From Deltaproteobacteria bacterium (GTDB lineage Bacteria > Desulfobacterota > Desulfobulbia > Desulfobulbales > SURF-16), in assembly GCA_024277655.1 (NCBI GenBank), contig JAJRUT010000117.1:1-62327 (forward strand): a DNA stretch of 62,327 bases, given 5' to 3'. The position numbers and the translations under genes are program-made. Below the pieces are notes generated by a model. It saw nothing but the letters and a program-made list of their open reading frames with translations, was not told the origin of the DNA and did no database searches. How positions within the stretch are numbered: position 1 is the stretch's first letter; every line of letters begins with the position of its first letter. Below are positions 40,691 through 49,688 of this stretch, piece after piece.

Positions 40691-40773
40691 CACAAGACTA
40701 AACGTCTTGTGGCGCGACTAAAGTCGCACTTCCGGGTTCTCCTGTACTGGACGTGGGACTTTAGTCCCGCCTG
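40691..40773. repeat. cluster of three REP-like hairpins (two copies of a 25-nt unit in inverted orientation plus a related hairpin)
   Basis: Unit GTGGCGCGACTAAAGTCGCACTTCC (40709-40733). Its inverted relative at 40749-40773 reads CAGGCGGGACTAAAGTCCCACGTCC on the other strand, with 20 of 25 identical and one compensatory stem change. Related hairpin CACAAGAC-TAAAC-GTCTTGTG at 40691-40711. Confidence 0.5.
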
Positions 40774-40779
40774 CTTATC

Positions 40780-42675
40780 CTACTTCTTTACCTCTTCAAA
40801 GTCCGCATCGACCACATCGTCATCATCATCATCACCCTTTGCCGCATCAGCACCAGGGGCAGCACCACCTTCGGAGGCTTGGGCATACATGATCTCAGCA
40901 AGTTTATGGGAGACAGTGGTCAACTCTTCGGTGGCGGCCTTAATGGCTTCGGTGTCATCACCCTCAAGGGTTTTCTTCAGGGTTTCGATACCGTCTTCCA
41001 CCTTCTTCTTGGTCTCATCGTCAACCTTGTCACCAACCTCTTTCAAACTTTTTTCGGTGGCATACATGAGAGAGTCACCATTATTCTTGGCTTCAACAAG
41101 CTCCTTACGTTTCTTGTCCTCATCGGCGTGGGCCTCAGCGTCATTTTTCATGCGCTCAATCTCTTCCTCAGAAAGACCACTGGATGCTGTAATCTTGATG
41201 GACTGCTCTTTACCAGTTCCCATGTCTTTTGCAGACATATGCAGGATACCGTTGGCGTCCAGATCAAAGGTAACCTCAACCTGGGGTACACCACGTGGAG
41301 CTGGTGGAATATCAGCAAGCTCAAAACGACCGATGGACTTGTTATCTGAACTCATCTCCCGCTCACCCTGCAGGACATGGATGGACACGGCTGGCTGATT
41401 ATCCGCAGCCGTAGAGAACACCTGGCTCTTCTTGGCTGGAATGGTTGTATTCTTGTCAATGAGCTTTGTGGTAACTCCACCCAAGGTCTCAATCCCGAGG
41501 GATAATGGCGTTACGTCAAGCAGAAGGACGTCCTTCACATCACCTTGTAAAACACCACCCTGAACTGCGGCACCAATTGCCACAACCTCATCCGGATTCA
41601 CTCCTCGATTGGCCTCTTTACCAAAAATCTCTTTAACCTTGTCCTGCACCTTAGGCATCCGGGTCATCCCACCAACAAGAATAATCTCGTCAATATCAGA
41701 GGGACTTAATCCTGCATCTTTCAGGGCAGTAAGACATGGATTGGAGGTACGATCAATCAGGTCACCAACCAGGTCTTCAAGTTTTGCCCTGGACAACTTA
41801 ATGGTCAGATGCTTAGGGCCGGAGGCATCAGCAGTGATAAAGGGCAGATTAATCTCTGTTTCCATGGATGAAGAGAGTTCTTTCTTGGCCTTTTCACCCT
41901 CTTCCTTCAGACGTTGCAGGGCCATCTTGTCTTCACGCAGATCAATACCATTCTCACGCTTAAACTCATCGGCAAGCCAGTTGACGATACGCATATCAAA
42001 ATCTTCACCGCCGAGGAAGGTGTCACCATTAGTGGCTTTTACCTCAAAGACACCGTCGCCAATCTCAAGGATGGACACATCAAAAGTACCACCACCAAGG
42101 TCATAGACAACGATGGTCTCTTCGCCCTTTTTATCAAGACCATAGGCCAAGGCTGCTGCGGTCGGCTCATTAATAATCCGCTTCACATCAAGACCGGCAA
42201 TCTTACCAGCATCCTTTGTGGCCTGGCGCTGGCTATCATTAAAATAGGCCGGAACAGTAATAACCGCATCGGTGACATCTTCACCAAGATACTCTTCCGC
42301 AGTCTGCTTCATCTTGCCAAGCACCATTGCAGAGAGTTCAGCTGGGGTATACTGCTCACCCTCAACCTCAACTTTAGGCTCCCCGGTACCTCCAATAATT
42401 TTAAAAGGCGAGATCTCAACCGACTTCTGTACCTCGGGATCCTTGAAATTACGACCAATGAGACGCTTCATGGCAAAAATAGTGCGCTCAGGATTTGTTA
42501 CGGCCTGCCGACGAGCAACCTGACCGAGCAAACGCTCGCCACTGTCAGAAAAAGCAACGACGGAAGGGGTTGTTCTGTTGCCCTCCGCATTTGTAATAAC
42601 GATGGCCTCGCCACCCTCCATCACAGATACGCAGGAATTTGTTGTCCCAAGATCAATACCAATAGTTTTACCCAT
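40780..42675 (-). CDS. dnaK: molecular chaperone DnaK (Hsp70)
   Basis: 631-aa ORF with [17 protein letters not shown] and a C-terminal acidic tail. Confidence 0.97.
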   Translation of the reverse strand: MGKTIGIDLGTTNSCVSVMEGGEAIVITNAEGNRTTPSVVAFSDSGERLLGQVARRQAVTNPERTIFAMKRLIGRNFKDPEVQKSVEISPFKIIGGTGEPKVEVEGEQYTPAELSAMVLGKMKQTAEEYLGEDVTDAVITVPAYFNDSQRQATKDAGKIAGLDVKRIINEPTAAALAYGLDKKGEETIVVYDLGGGTFDVSILEIGDGVFEVKATNGDTFLGGEDFDMRIVNWLADEFKRENGIDLREDKMALQRLKEEGEKAKKELSSSMETEINLPFITADASGPKHLTIKLSRAKLEDLVGDLIDRTSNPCLTALKDAGLSPSDIDEIILVGGMTRMPKVQDKVKEIFGKEANRGVNPDEVVAIGAAVQGGVLQGDVKDVLLLDVTPLSLGIETLGGVTTKLIDKNTTIPAKKSQVFSTAADNQPAVSIHVLQGEREMSSDNKSIGRFELADIPPAPRGVPQVEVTFDLDANGILHMSAKDMGTGKEQSIKITASSGLSEEEIERMKNDAEAHADEDKKRKELVEAKNNGDSLMYATEKSLKEVGDKVDDETKKKVEDGIETLKKTLEGDDTEAIKAATEELTTVSHKLAEIMYAQASEGGAAPGADAAKGDDDDDDVVDADFEEVKK

Positions 42676-42731
42676 AACGGTTCAACTCCTTTTAAATTAA
42701 ATTTTATTTGCAGCGGCCGACTACGATGGTT

Positions 42732-43283
42732 CTACGCGTCCTCTCCCTTGGAGACGACGACCTTGGCTGCTCTAATTAGTTTATCCTTATAGTGGTAGCC
42801 CTTTTCAAACTCCACCATCACCTGGTTTTCAGCAAAGTCATTGCTGAAATCCATTGCCAATGCTTCATGCAGATTCGGATCAAAGGTTTCACCAAGACAC
42901 GACACGGTCTTGACTTCAAATTTATCCAAGGCCCCGAGCAACCCCTTAAGTGTCAATTTCACCCCTGCCAGTAGATCACTACCAGGATCATCCTTTTCAC
43001 CCTGCTCAATGGCACGCTCCATATTATCAATAGCCGGGAGCAACTCCTTTAAAAGCCTTTCCTCCGCATATTTTAAAGCGTTAAGACGATCACGACTCAT
43101 GCGCTTTTTATAATTTTCAAATTCAGCGGCAAGACGCAGGTATTTATCCTGAAGCTCATCACGCTCTGCAGTAAGTTGCTCAACCTCCGAGGGTGCATCC
43201 TCTTCAGAATCGAGAACTTCAACCTCCTGCTCAACAACCTCATCAACTTCCTGCTCTTCCACTTGAACCTCGTTTTCCACCAC
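42732..43283 (-). CDS. grpE: nucleotide exchange factor GrpE
   Basis: 183-aa ORF with an acidic N-terminus, coiled-coil region and GrpE C-domain. Immediately upstream of dnaK. Confidence 0.9.
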   Translation of the reverse strand: MVENEVQVEEQEVDEVVEQEVEVLDSEEDAPSEVEQLTAERDELQDKYLRLAAEFENYKKRMSRDRLNALKYAEERLLKELLPAIDNMERAIEQGEKDDPGSDLLAGVKLTLKGLLGALDKFEVKTVSCLGETFDPNLHEALAMDFSNDFAENQVMVEFEKGYHYKDKLIRAAKVVVSKGEDA

Positions 43284-43735
43284 CAGCTTCTCCTTATTTT
43301 TTTAAGTATCCGTGTCCACTTATAATCCCCGGAATCAAACATAAATGTCTCCGCAACAACGTCAGACAATTACACGAGACCTACTCTAAATAAAAATCCG
43401 CCAGGGACAACAAGAAAAGTGTGAAAAGCCCTATTACTAGGCAAAACAGCCAAGTAAAACCTGGGGCGCCTCCTCACTTGCAAGCAACAATAAGGATGGC
43501 TTTTTTCTTTGTCAAGGGAACTACAGGGGAATTATTTCACAAAAGATTTCCCCTGATAACATACTGTTTTAACAGAGAATATTAATGAACTTGGCACATC
43601 CTGCCGATGACCTCGTGTAGTTGCCTTTCCCCTGTCCCAAGGGATGGAAGGACTCCTTGCCAGTACGGCTGCCAAGATGATAACGTATATATGAGCTTAC
43701 AAGGACTTAAGCAAACCTCAGCCCAAAGCGACGCC

Positions 43736-44524
43736 ATGAACACCAAATGCATTACGGCCCTGACCTGTTGTCTTGTTCTCGCATTCCTGCAAAGCGGGTT
43801 TGCTTGGATGTCCCCGGTACCAAAACATCGGGTCGGCACGCCACCGGGGGAGGTAATAAAAACCATACTTCAAACCAATTTAAACCCTGCCCACCCTCCA
43901 AAGCTGGCAAACCTGGGAGTCAGAAACAAGGCCCCCCAAATCACCTGGCTTGCCGACTCGGATCCGGCCCTTTCACCTGAGGCTATCCTGCCAAGTGGCA
44001 CTAGAAGTATTTATAGCGTGCGCAATATTGCCAACCAACTCACCACCGTAGCAGGCTCCGTTGACTACGGCGTTTTAATCCTCCACACCCCGGTACTACT
44101 CATCAGCGCAACAAGTACCAGCGACACCATCATGTCCCTGCTCAAGCAGCCGGAAGAACTCCCGGAGAGCACCAAACAGGAACTGCACCATCTCTTCACC
44201 CCATTCAAGACCCTGATAACAGCACAGACAAAAAATCCTCTGCCCCTTGCTCTCCAGCAAAAACTCCTTATCGAACAAAATATAGACTATCAGGTTGAAC
44301 TTGCCATTAAGCGCTATAAAGAACGAATCCGGGCAGGGCGACTGGTAGTGGTAGGCTCCGTACTTGATACCAATAATACCTACAGGCACGGCCCAAACCG
44401 TCTGATTATAATTAACATCAATGGCAAGACATCGGAACGACAGTTAAAACGTAGCCGGGTTCTCAAAAATATCCCGCAAGCCTTGTTGAGAACAATGGGC
44501 AGAGAAATCCCAAAGCAACCATAA
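43736..44524 (+). CDS. secreted beta-carbonic-anhydrase-like protein lacking zinc ligands
   Basis: Signal-peptide-like MNTKCITALTCCLVLAFLQSG. Blocks resemble beta-CA (LADSDPALSPEAIL, YSVRNIANQ, SVDYGVLILHTPVLLISATSTSD), but the Cys/His/Cys ligands are replaced. The start is uncertain; the ORF opens at 43607. Confidence 0.45.
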   Translation: MNTKCITALTCCLVLAFLQSGFAWMSPVPKHRVGTPPGEVIKTILQTNLNPAHPPKLANLGVRNKAPQITWLADSDPALSPEAILPSGTRSIYSVRNIANQLTTVAGSVDYGVLILHTPVLLISATSTSDTIMSLLKQPEELPESTKQELHHLFTPFKTLITAQTKNPLPLALQQKLLIEQNIDYQVELAIKRYKERIRAGRLVVVGSVLDTNNTYRHGPNRLIIININGKTSERQLKRSRVLKNIPQALLRTMGREIPKQP

Positions 44525-44739
44525 GAAAAGGGAGCGAGCAATCTGCTCCTCCCTTTAACAATTAAATCCCGACTACCAACGGACCGATTAGCGAGGGCAA
44601 CGCGACGACTGCTAGCAAAATAGACACCAGACACCGCTACGCTGTTATTCGCCCGGTACCGAAAGGCGAAGATTTTAACCCTACACAGAAACAATAACAC
44701 GGTTCCAAATGCCAACAGAGTTAGTACAAATTTATGCCA

Positions 44740-46272
44740 CTACTCCCCCTGCCAGACAATCTCGTACTTGCCCATATGCAGGTCTTTTACCGGAATGATG
44801 GTAAGTGTTTTTCCCAGTTCATCTTCCAAGTTATGGATGGTGACGGCCTCTTCCTTAAGCATCATACCGGCAACCCGGGGGTGAACCCGTATGGTAACCC
44901 CAGGGCCTGCAATTGATTTCGCCCCCACGGATATCTTCCTGAATATTTCATAACAGATGGTGCGACATGACTTCACCATTCCATCGCCACTACAGTAAGG
45001 GCAAGGTTCACAGAGCATATGCACAAGATCCTCACGACTCCGCTTCCGGGTCATCTGCACCAAACCGAACTCAGATACTTTCAGGATATTAATCCGACTC
45101 TTGTCCTTTTTTGATACCTCACTCAAGGCACGGAACACCTCCTCGCGGTGGGCGGCCTCGTCCATATCAATAAAGTCAATGATAATGATCCCACCAATAT
45201 TGCGCAGACGAAGCTGGTAGGCAATCTCCCGCACTGCCTCCATATTGGTTTTGAATATTGTTTCTTCCAGATCATTCTTACCCACGTAACGCCCGGTATT
45301 AACATCAATTACAGTGAGTGCCTCGGTATCTTCAATAATGATATAGCCCCCACAGCGCAGCCATATCTTTTTATCAAGCCCCCGGCCAATATCCATCTCC
45401 ACCCCATAGGCGTCAAATACCGGGGTGGGTTGTTCATAATGATGCACCTTGCTGTATAGATGGGGGGCAAAGGTTTCAATAAATTTGAGCACCCGTTTAT
45501 AGGTGGTGTAATCATCCACCACCACCCGGTCGACATCCGGGGAAAAGATATCCCGCACCACCCGGAGAATAATATCAAGATCCTCATACACCATGGACAT
45601 GATTTCAGCCTTTTCAGCCAGATCGACAATCTCACACCAAAGATGCATGAGAAATTCCATATCCGCTTCAAGATCTTCACGGCTCGCCCCTTCAGCAACG
45701 GTGCGGACAATAAAGCCACTGCCTGCCGGACGCAACGCCTCAATATCCTCGCGCAGCTGTTTCCGAACCAGCTCATCCTGGATCTTTCTGGATATGCCAA
45801 TATGATCCGTCATGGGCATAAAAACAAGGTTCCGGCATGGCAAGGTGATATGGCAGGTAAGACGCGCCCCCTTGGTACCAAAAGGTTCTTTACAGATCTG
45901 GACAATAATCGACTGCCCCTCCGTAAGGAGATCCTCAATAGATTTACCGGGGGGCCGAACCGCTAGGGACTCAGGCAACTCATTATTATCGCAACACGCC
46001 CCTTCGCCGCCACAGGTAGCCATGCGCTTTTCAAAGGCAGCGGTTGAAATCTGCACATCATCCACATAGAGGAAGCCGGATCTCTCAAGACCAATGTCGA
46101 CAAAGGCCGCCTGCATACCAGGCAAAACGCGGACAACCTTGCCCTTATAGATATTGCCCACAAGCCCCTTTTCTTTCGGGCGCTCAAGGTAAAACTCCAC
46201 TAAACTTCCATGCTCAACAAGGGCTATCCTAACTTCATAGCTGGTTGCATTTATTATAAGATCTGTAGCCAT
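44740..46272 (-). CDS. rng: ribonuclease G (RNase E/G family)
   Basis: 510-aa ORF with an S1 domain (GNIYKGKVVRVLPGMQAAFVDIG), catalytic-domain blocks (VIDVNTG) and a zinc-link CPxCxG. Confidence 0.9.
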   Translation of the reverse strand: MATDLIINATSYEVRIALVEHGSLVEFYLERPKEKGLVGNIYKGKVVRVLPGMQAAFVDIGLERSGFLYVDDVQISTAAFEKRMATCGGEGACCDNNELPESLAVRPPGKSIEDLLTEGQSIIVQICKEPFGTKGARLTCHITLPCRNLVFMPMTDHIGISRKIQDELVRKQLREDIEALRPAGSGFIVRTVAEGASREDLEADMEFLMHLWCEIVDLAEKAEIMSMVYEDLDIILRVVRDIFSPDVDRVVVDDYTTYKRVLKFIETFAPHLYSKVHHYEQPTPVFDAYGVEMDIGRGLDKKIWLRCGGYIIIEDTEALTVIDVNTGRYVGKNDLEETIFKTNMEAVREIAYQLRLRNIGGIIIIDFIDMDEAAHREEVFRALSEVSKKDKSRINILKVSEFGLVQMTRKRSREDLVHMLCEPCPYCSGDGMVKSCRTICYEIFRKISVGAKSIAGPGVTIRVHPRVAGMMLKEEAVTIHNLEDELGKTLTIIPVKDLHMGKYEIVWQGE

Positions 46273-46349
46273 CGTCCTGGTTATCCTTGGTACTTCAAAT
46301 TATACAAGGTGGAAGGCAGCAAGGCATAAACCTTTACCACTTACACCTC

Positions 46350-48839
46350 TTATCTTTCTGAAAAACTCTCTTTCACCATGCGCAGCTGCGTTACATCCTG
46401 CCCGCTCAGAGAAAATACGGCCTGAACAATTTCAACGGGTTTCAGACCGGCCCTGCTCACCTCGGTAATAAGACTGAGGCGAAGTACCGTTTTACCAAGC
46501 TTCCCCCACGTCCCCACCAGGGGCTTTGCATCCAGCTCCCGTAGTTTTTTCTTGCGCGTCACCAAAACAGGAAAGGTACTGGCATCACTGAATTTTCTAA
46601 AGGCATTATCGTCTATTTCATGTGGAAAATTAACGGTATACCATGTTTCCACCCGAGGCGGAATTTTTTTAGACTCGGAAAAGCTAATCGCTTGAATAGT
46701 AAGGCCTTCGGGAAGCTGAACATTAAGCCTGTCAAGCCACTCTCCAGGTATAATGTCCTCAACAAGATCAACAAACAGATACTCAGCCAGGCTCTCTGTG
46801 CCAAGGGGCAGAGCCGGGGAGAAGGAGACCTTGGGGGAGGGATTGAACCCTTGGGAATAATGGAGCGGCAATCCTGCCCGGTTAAAGGCCCTGAAAAAGA
46901 GCTGTAACAATTCAAGATGGGATAGAAGGCGACTGCGACCAAGACGAGAGTAGTCAAGACGATAGCGAAAATGACCGCCACTGGCCTTAACAGGCTCCTC
47001 CCTATGAGAACTGTCAAAATCACAGGCCCCGGCAAAGGTCTTGGGGTAGACCTCCTTAAAATCACACAGCCCGCATTTCTGACAGCCATGCAGACGACAA
47101 TCAGGTGTATACTCCTGCTTTAAGCCCTTCTCGTATTCATCACGCAGAAAAGAGACATCCACCCCGCAGTGAAGGTGATCCCATGGCAGAGGTGAACCAA
47201 ATTCACGTCGGTTCATGTAACGGTCAAGGTCAATACCCACCGTCTCGGCTGCCTCCCGCCAGGCACTGAGCCTAAAATGTTCGTTCCAACTATCAAGCCG
47301 CGCCCCATCTGTCCAGGCCTGAACAATGAGTTTGGCAAGCTTGCGATCACCCCTGGAAAAAACCCCCTCAAGAAAACTCTGGCGGGGATCACCCCAGCGC
47401 AATTGCAGTCCTTTATTCTTTAGTTTTTCCCGCAGAAATTCGATCCGCTCAAACCCCTCATCCACCGAAAGCTGAGGCTCCCATTGGAAGGGGGTGTGGG
47501 GTTTAGGCACAAAGGTTGCGGCACTAACCGTAATTTTTCGCCCCGGCCCGGAACCGGCTTTAAGCCCCCTGTGGGCAAGTTCGGCAATGGCCTCAAGGTC
47601 TTCCCATGTTTCGGTGGGCAGACCGAACATAAAGTAGAACTTAATAAGCTTCCAGCCCAGACCAAAGGCTGATGAACAGGTGGTCAGGAGATCCTCTTCA
47701 CTAATGCCCTTGTTAATCACCTGCCGCAACCGGTCGGTACCGGCCTCGGGGGCCACGGTAAATCCGGTTTTCCGCACCCGTTTAATCTGGGTCATAATCT
47801 CTTCGGTCAGGGTGCCAACCCGCATGGACGGCATGGATACCGACACCCGTTTCCGCGCGTAGATATCCATAAGTTTCATTAGCACAGGGCCAAGGCATGA
47901 GTAGTCCCCCGTTGATAAGGAGAGCATGGCAAGCTCTTCAAAACCGGTGGTACCAATGCCTTTTTCAGCAATCTCCAAAATTTGTTCGGGGGAGCGTTCA
48001 CGTACCGGGCGATAGATCATACCGGCCTGACAAAACCTGCACCCACGGGTGCAGCCTCGGCCAATCTCAATGCCGAGCCTGTCATGGACAATTCTACCCA
48101 CAGGCACCAGAGGTGTTGCAGGTTTCTGATGATCAAAACCGGCAAGAACCCGGCGGCGCACCTCGGTATAGCCCTCAAGGATCGGGGTCATTCCCTGAAA
48201 CCAATCAGAGTCATCGTAGTCCGGCTCAAAGAAGCACGGTACATACATCCCCTTGATTTTAGTCAGTTCCACCAGAGTCTGCTGACGCGACCAGCCCTCA
48301 TTCTTTGCGCAAATAATAAGATCCGCAACATCAAGCACCGCCTCTTCACCATCACCAAGGAGGATCGCATCAAAAAAATCAGCCACCGGCTCAGGGTGAA
48401 AAGCCCCCGGCCCGCCGCCAATCACCAGCGGATGAGCGTCAGACCTATCTTTGGCGTAAAAAGGAATGGCCGACAGGTCGAGAATAGTCAGAATATTGGT
48501 GTAGCACAGTTCATACGGCAAGGTTATGGCCAGGACATCAAACTCATTGGGGGGGCGCCTTGTTTCCAGACTAAAAAGAGGTTCCTTATTAGCTCTAAGC
48601 ATCTCCTCAAGATCGGTATCCGGAGCGTAGAGCCGCTCGGCCAGCACATCATCCCGGTCATTTAAAATATGATAGAGAATCTGCAGACCCAGATGGGACA
48701 TGCCGATCTCATATAAGTCAGGAAAAGTTAGAAGAATCTGGCACTTAACCGAATCAGGATCTTTGACAACTACATTAAATTCATTGCCACTATAACGGCT
48801 CGGCTTTCTGACAAGTGGTAAGTATTGTTCTGGGTTCAC
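46350..48839 (-). CDS. fused B12-binding-like radical SAM protein plus radical-SAM-linked DUF2344-type domain
   Basis: 829-aa ORF with radical SAM CX3CX2C (GCTRGCRFCQAG). The architecture matches what I recall as TIGR03960 fused to TIGR03936. Immediately upstream of rng. Confidence 0.75.
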   Translation of the reverse strand: MNPEQYLPLVRKPSRYSGNEFNVVVKDPDSVKCQILLTFPDLYEIGMSHLGLQILYHILNDRDDVLAERLYAPDTDLEEMLRANKEPLFSLETRRPPNEFDVLAITLPYELCYTNILTILDLSAIPFYAKDRSDAHPLVIGGGPGAFHPEPVADFFDAILLGDGEEAVLDVADLIICAKNEGWSRQQTLVELTKIKGMYVPCFFEPDYDDSDWFQGMTPILEGYTEVRRRVLAGFDHQKPATPLVPVGRIVHDRLGIEIGRGCTRGCRFCQAGMIYRPVRERSPEQILEIAEKGIGTTGFEELAMLSLSTGDYSCLGPVLMKLMDIYARKRVSVSMPSMRVGTLTEEIMTQIKRVRKTGFTVAPEAGTDRLRQVINKGISEEDLLTTCSSAFGLGWKLIKFYFMFGLPTETWEDLEAIAELAHRGLKAGSGPGRKITVSAATFVPKPHTPFQWEPQLSVDEGFERIEFLREKLKNKGLQLRWGDPRQSFLEGVFSRGDRKLAKLIVQAWTDGARLDSWNEHFRLSAWREAAETVGIDLDRYMNRREFGSPLPWDHLHCGVDVSFLRDEYEKGLKQEYTPDCRLHGCQKCGLCDFKEVYPKTFAGACDFDSSHREEPVKASGGHFRYRLDYSRLGRSRLLSHLELLQLFFRAFNRAGLPLHYSQGFNPSPKVSFSPALPLGTESLAEYLFVDLVEDIIPGEWLDRLNVQLPEGLTIQAISFSESKKIPPRVETWYTVNFPHEIDDNAFRKFSDASTFPVLVTRKKKLRELDAKPLVGTWGKLGKTVLRLSLITEVSRAGLKPVEIVQAVFSLSGQDVTQLRMVKESFSER

Positions 48840-48884
48840 GTTTTTATTTGACCTTGGAAGAAAAAAAGAGATACAGCAAACGGG

Positions 48885-49688
48885 CTACTCGACAACTTCC
48901 CGGTGAAAGGAAGCAGGAACAGCGTAGATAAAATCCCTGCGCGACAGCGTCACATTGTCAACCAGATCACTGATTTCAAGGTGCAACGTACTATTTAGGC
49001 TCAGGGTAGTCACGGTAACGGATTGTGGCATAGCACAATCCTCAGGGCCATAATGATCATACAGCATCTCAAGGAGGACCTCGCCCTCCTTGTTATAGAC
49101 AATGTGGTGATAGATATGCATATCCGTTGGATCAAAAAGAACCAAACTCTTGCGGCCATCATCAGAGTACAGCTCAAGCCAGTAGCGCTTGCCATTTTTC
49201 TCGCGACTGGTGAGGGCAAGGGACACCTCACCCGGATGCAGCTTGCCGGTAAGCCAATAATAGGAAAACTCCGGGCTAAAGCCAAGCGGCGCATATTTTT
49301 GAAAGGTTACGCCGCTAACTGTACCGAAATACTCCGTCTGTTTCGCTACATCCACATAATTAAAGATCTTGCCATCACTGGTCAAGATGATTAGCGGCTG
49401 GCCCAAGGGAGATAGGGCCATAAATTTCAAAAAGGAAGGACTCCTGGCCTGCAAATACCCGGAAATGGCACCTGTATAAAAAAAGTTCTCAAAACGCGCC
49501 TTTACCACGCCATCAAAACAACAATGACAATCCTTCTGGGCCGCTATCATTTTCTTAAAACGACTGCGAACAGCCTGATTTTCCTCCTCCGAAATAAAGC
49601 TTGTCTGGGGCAGGTAGGCACAGCCCCCTGTAACAACCAGACTAAAAAAGAGGATAAAAGCAAAAACACGCAGAACTGACCTATTCAT
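48885..49688 (-). CDS. lipoprotein, possibly LolB-like/DUF4292
   Basis: Signal peptide with lipobox TGGC. The start ATG 49688 overlaps the stop of the upstream TPR gene (ATGAATAG). The family assignment is tentative. Confidence 0.5.
   Translation of the reverse strand: MNRSVLRVFAFILFFSLVVTGGCAYLPQTSFISEEENQAVRSRFKKMIAAQKDCHCCFDGVVKARFENFFYTGAISGYLQARSPSFLKFMALSPLGQPLIILTSDGKIFNYVDVAKQTEYFGTVSGVTFQKYAPLGFSPEFSYYWLTGKLHPGEVSLALTSREKNGKRYWLELYSDDGRKSLVLFDPTDMHIYHHIVYNKEGEVLLEMLYDHYGPEDCAMPQSVTVTTLSLNSTLHLEISDLVDNVTLSRRDFIYAVPASFHREVVE

Noticed and set aside
40709-42792. Long plus-strand ORFs (229 aa at 40709-41398, 165 aa at 41609-42106, 292 aa at 41914-42792) antisense to dnaK
   Set aside because: They lie entirely inside the highly conserved dnaK coding region. 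Their products are low-complexity (Ser/Leu/Pro-rich) and they have no RBS. Long antisense ORFs in hsp70 genes are a known codon-composition artefact.
43284-43606. Looked for a CIRCE element (TTAGCACTC-N9-GAGTGCTAA) or a clear sigma-32 promoter upstream of grpE-dnaK
   Set aside because: No CIRCE-like inverted repeat is present. A TTGACAA ... CCATCCTT pair on the minus strand has a spacer that is too short, so no call was made.
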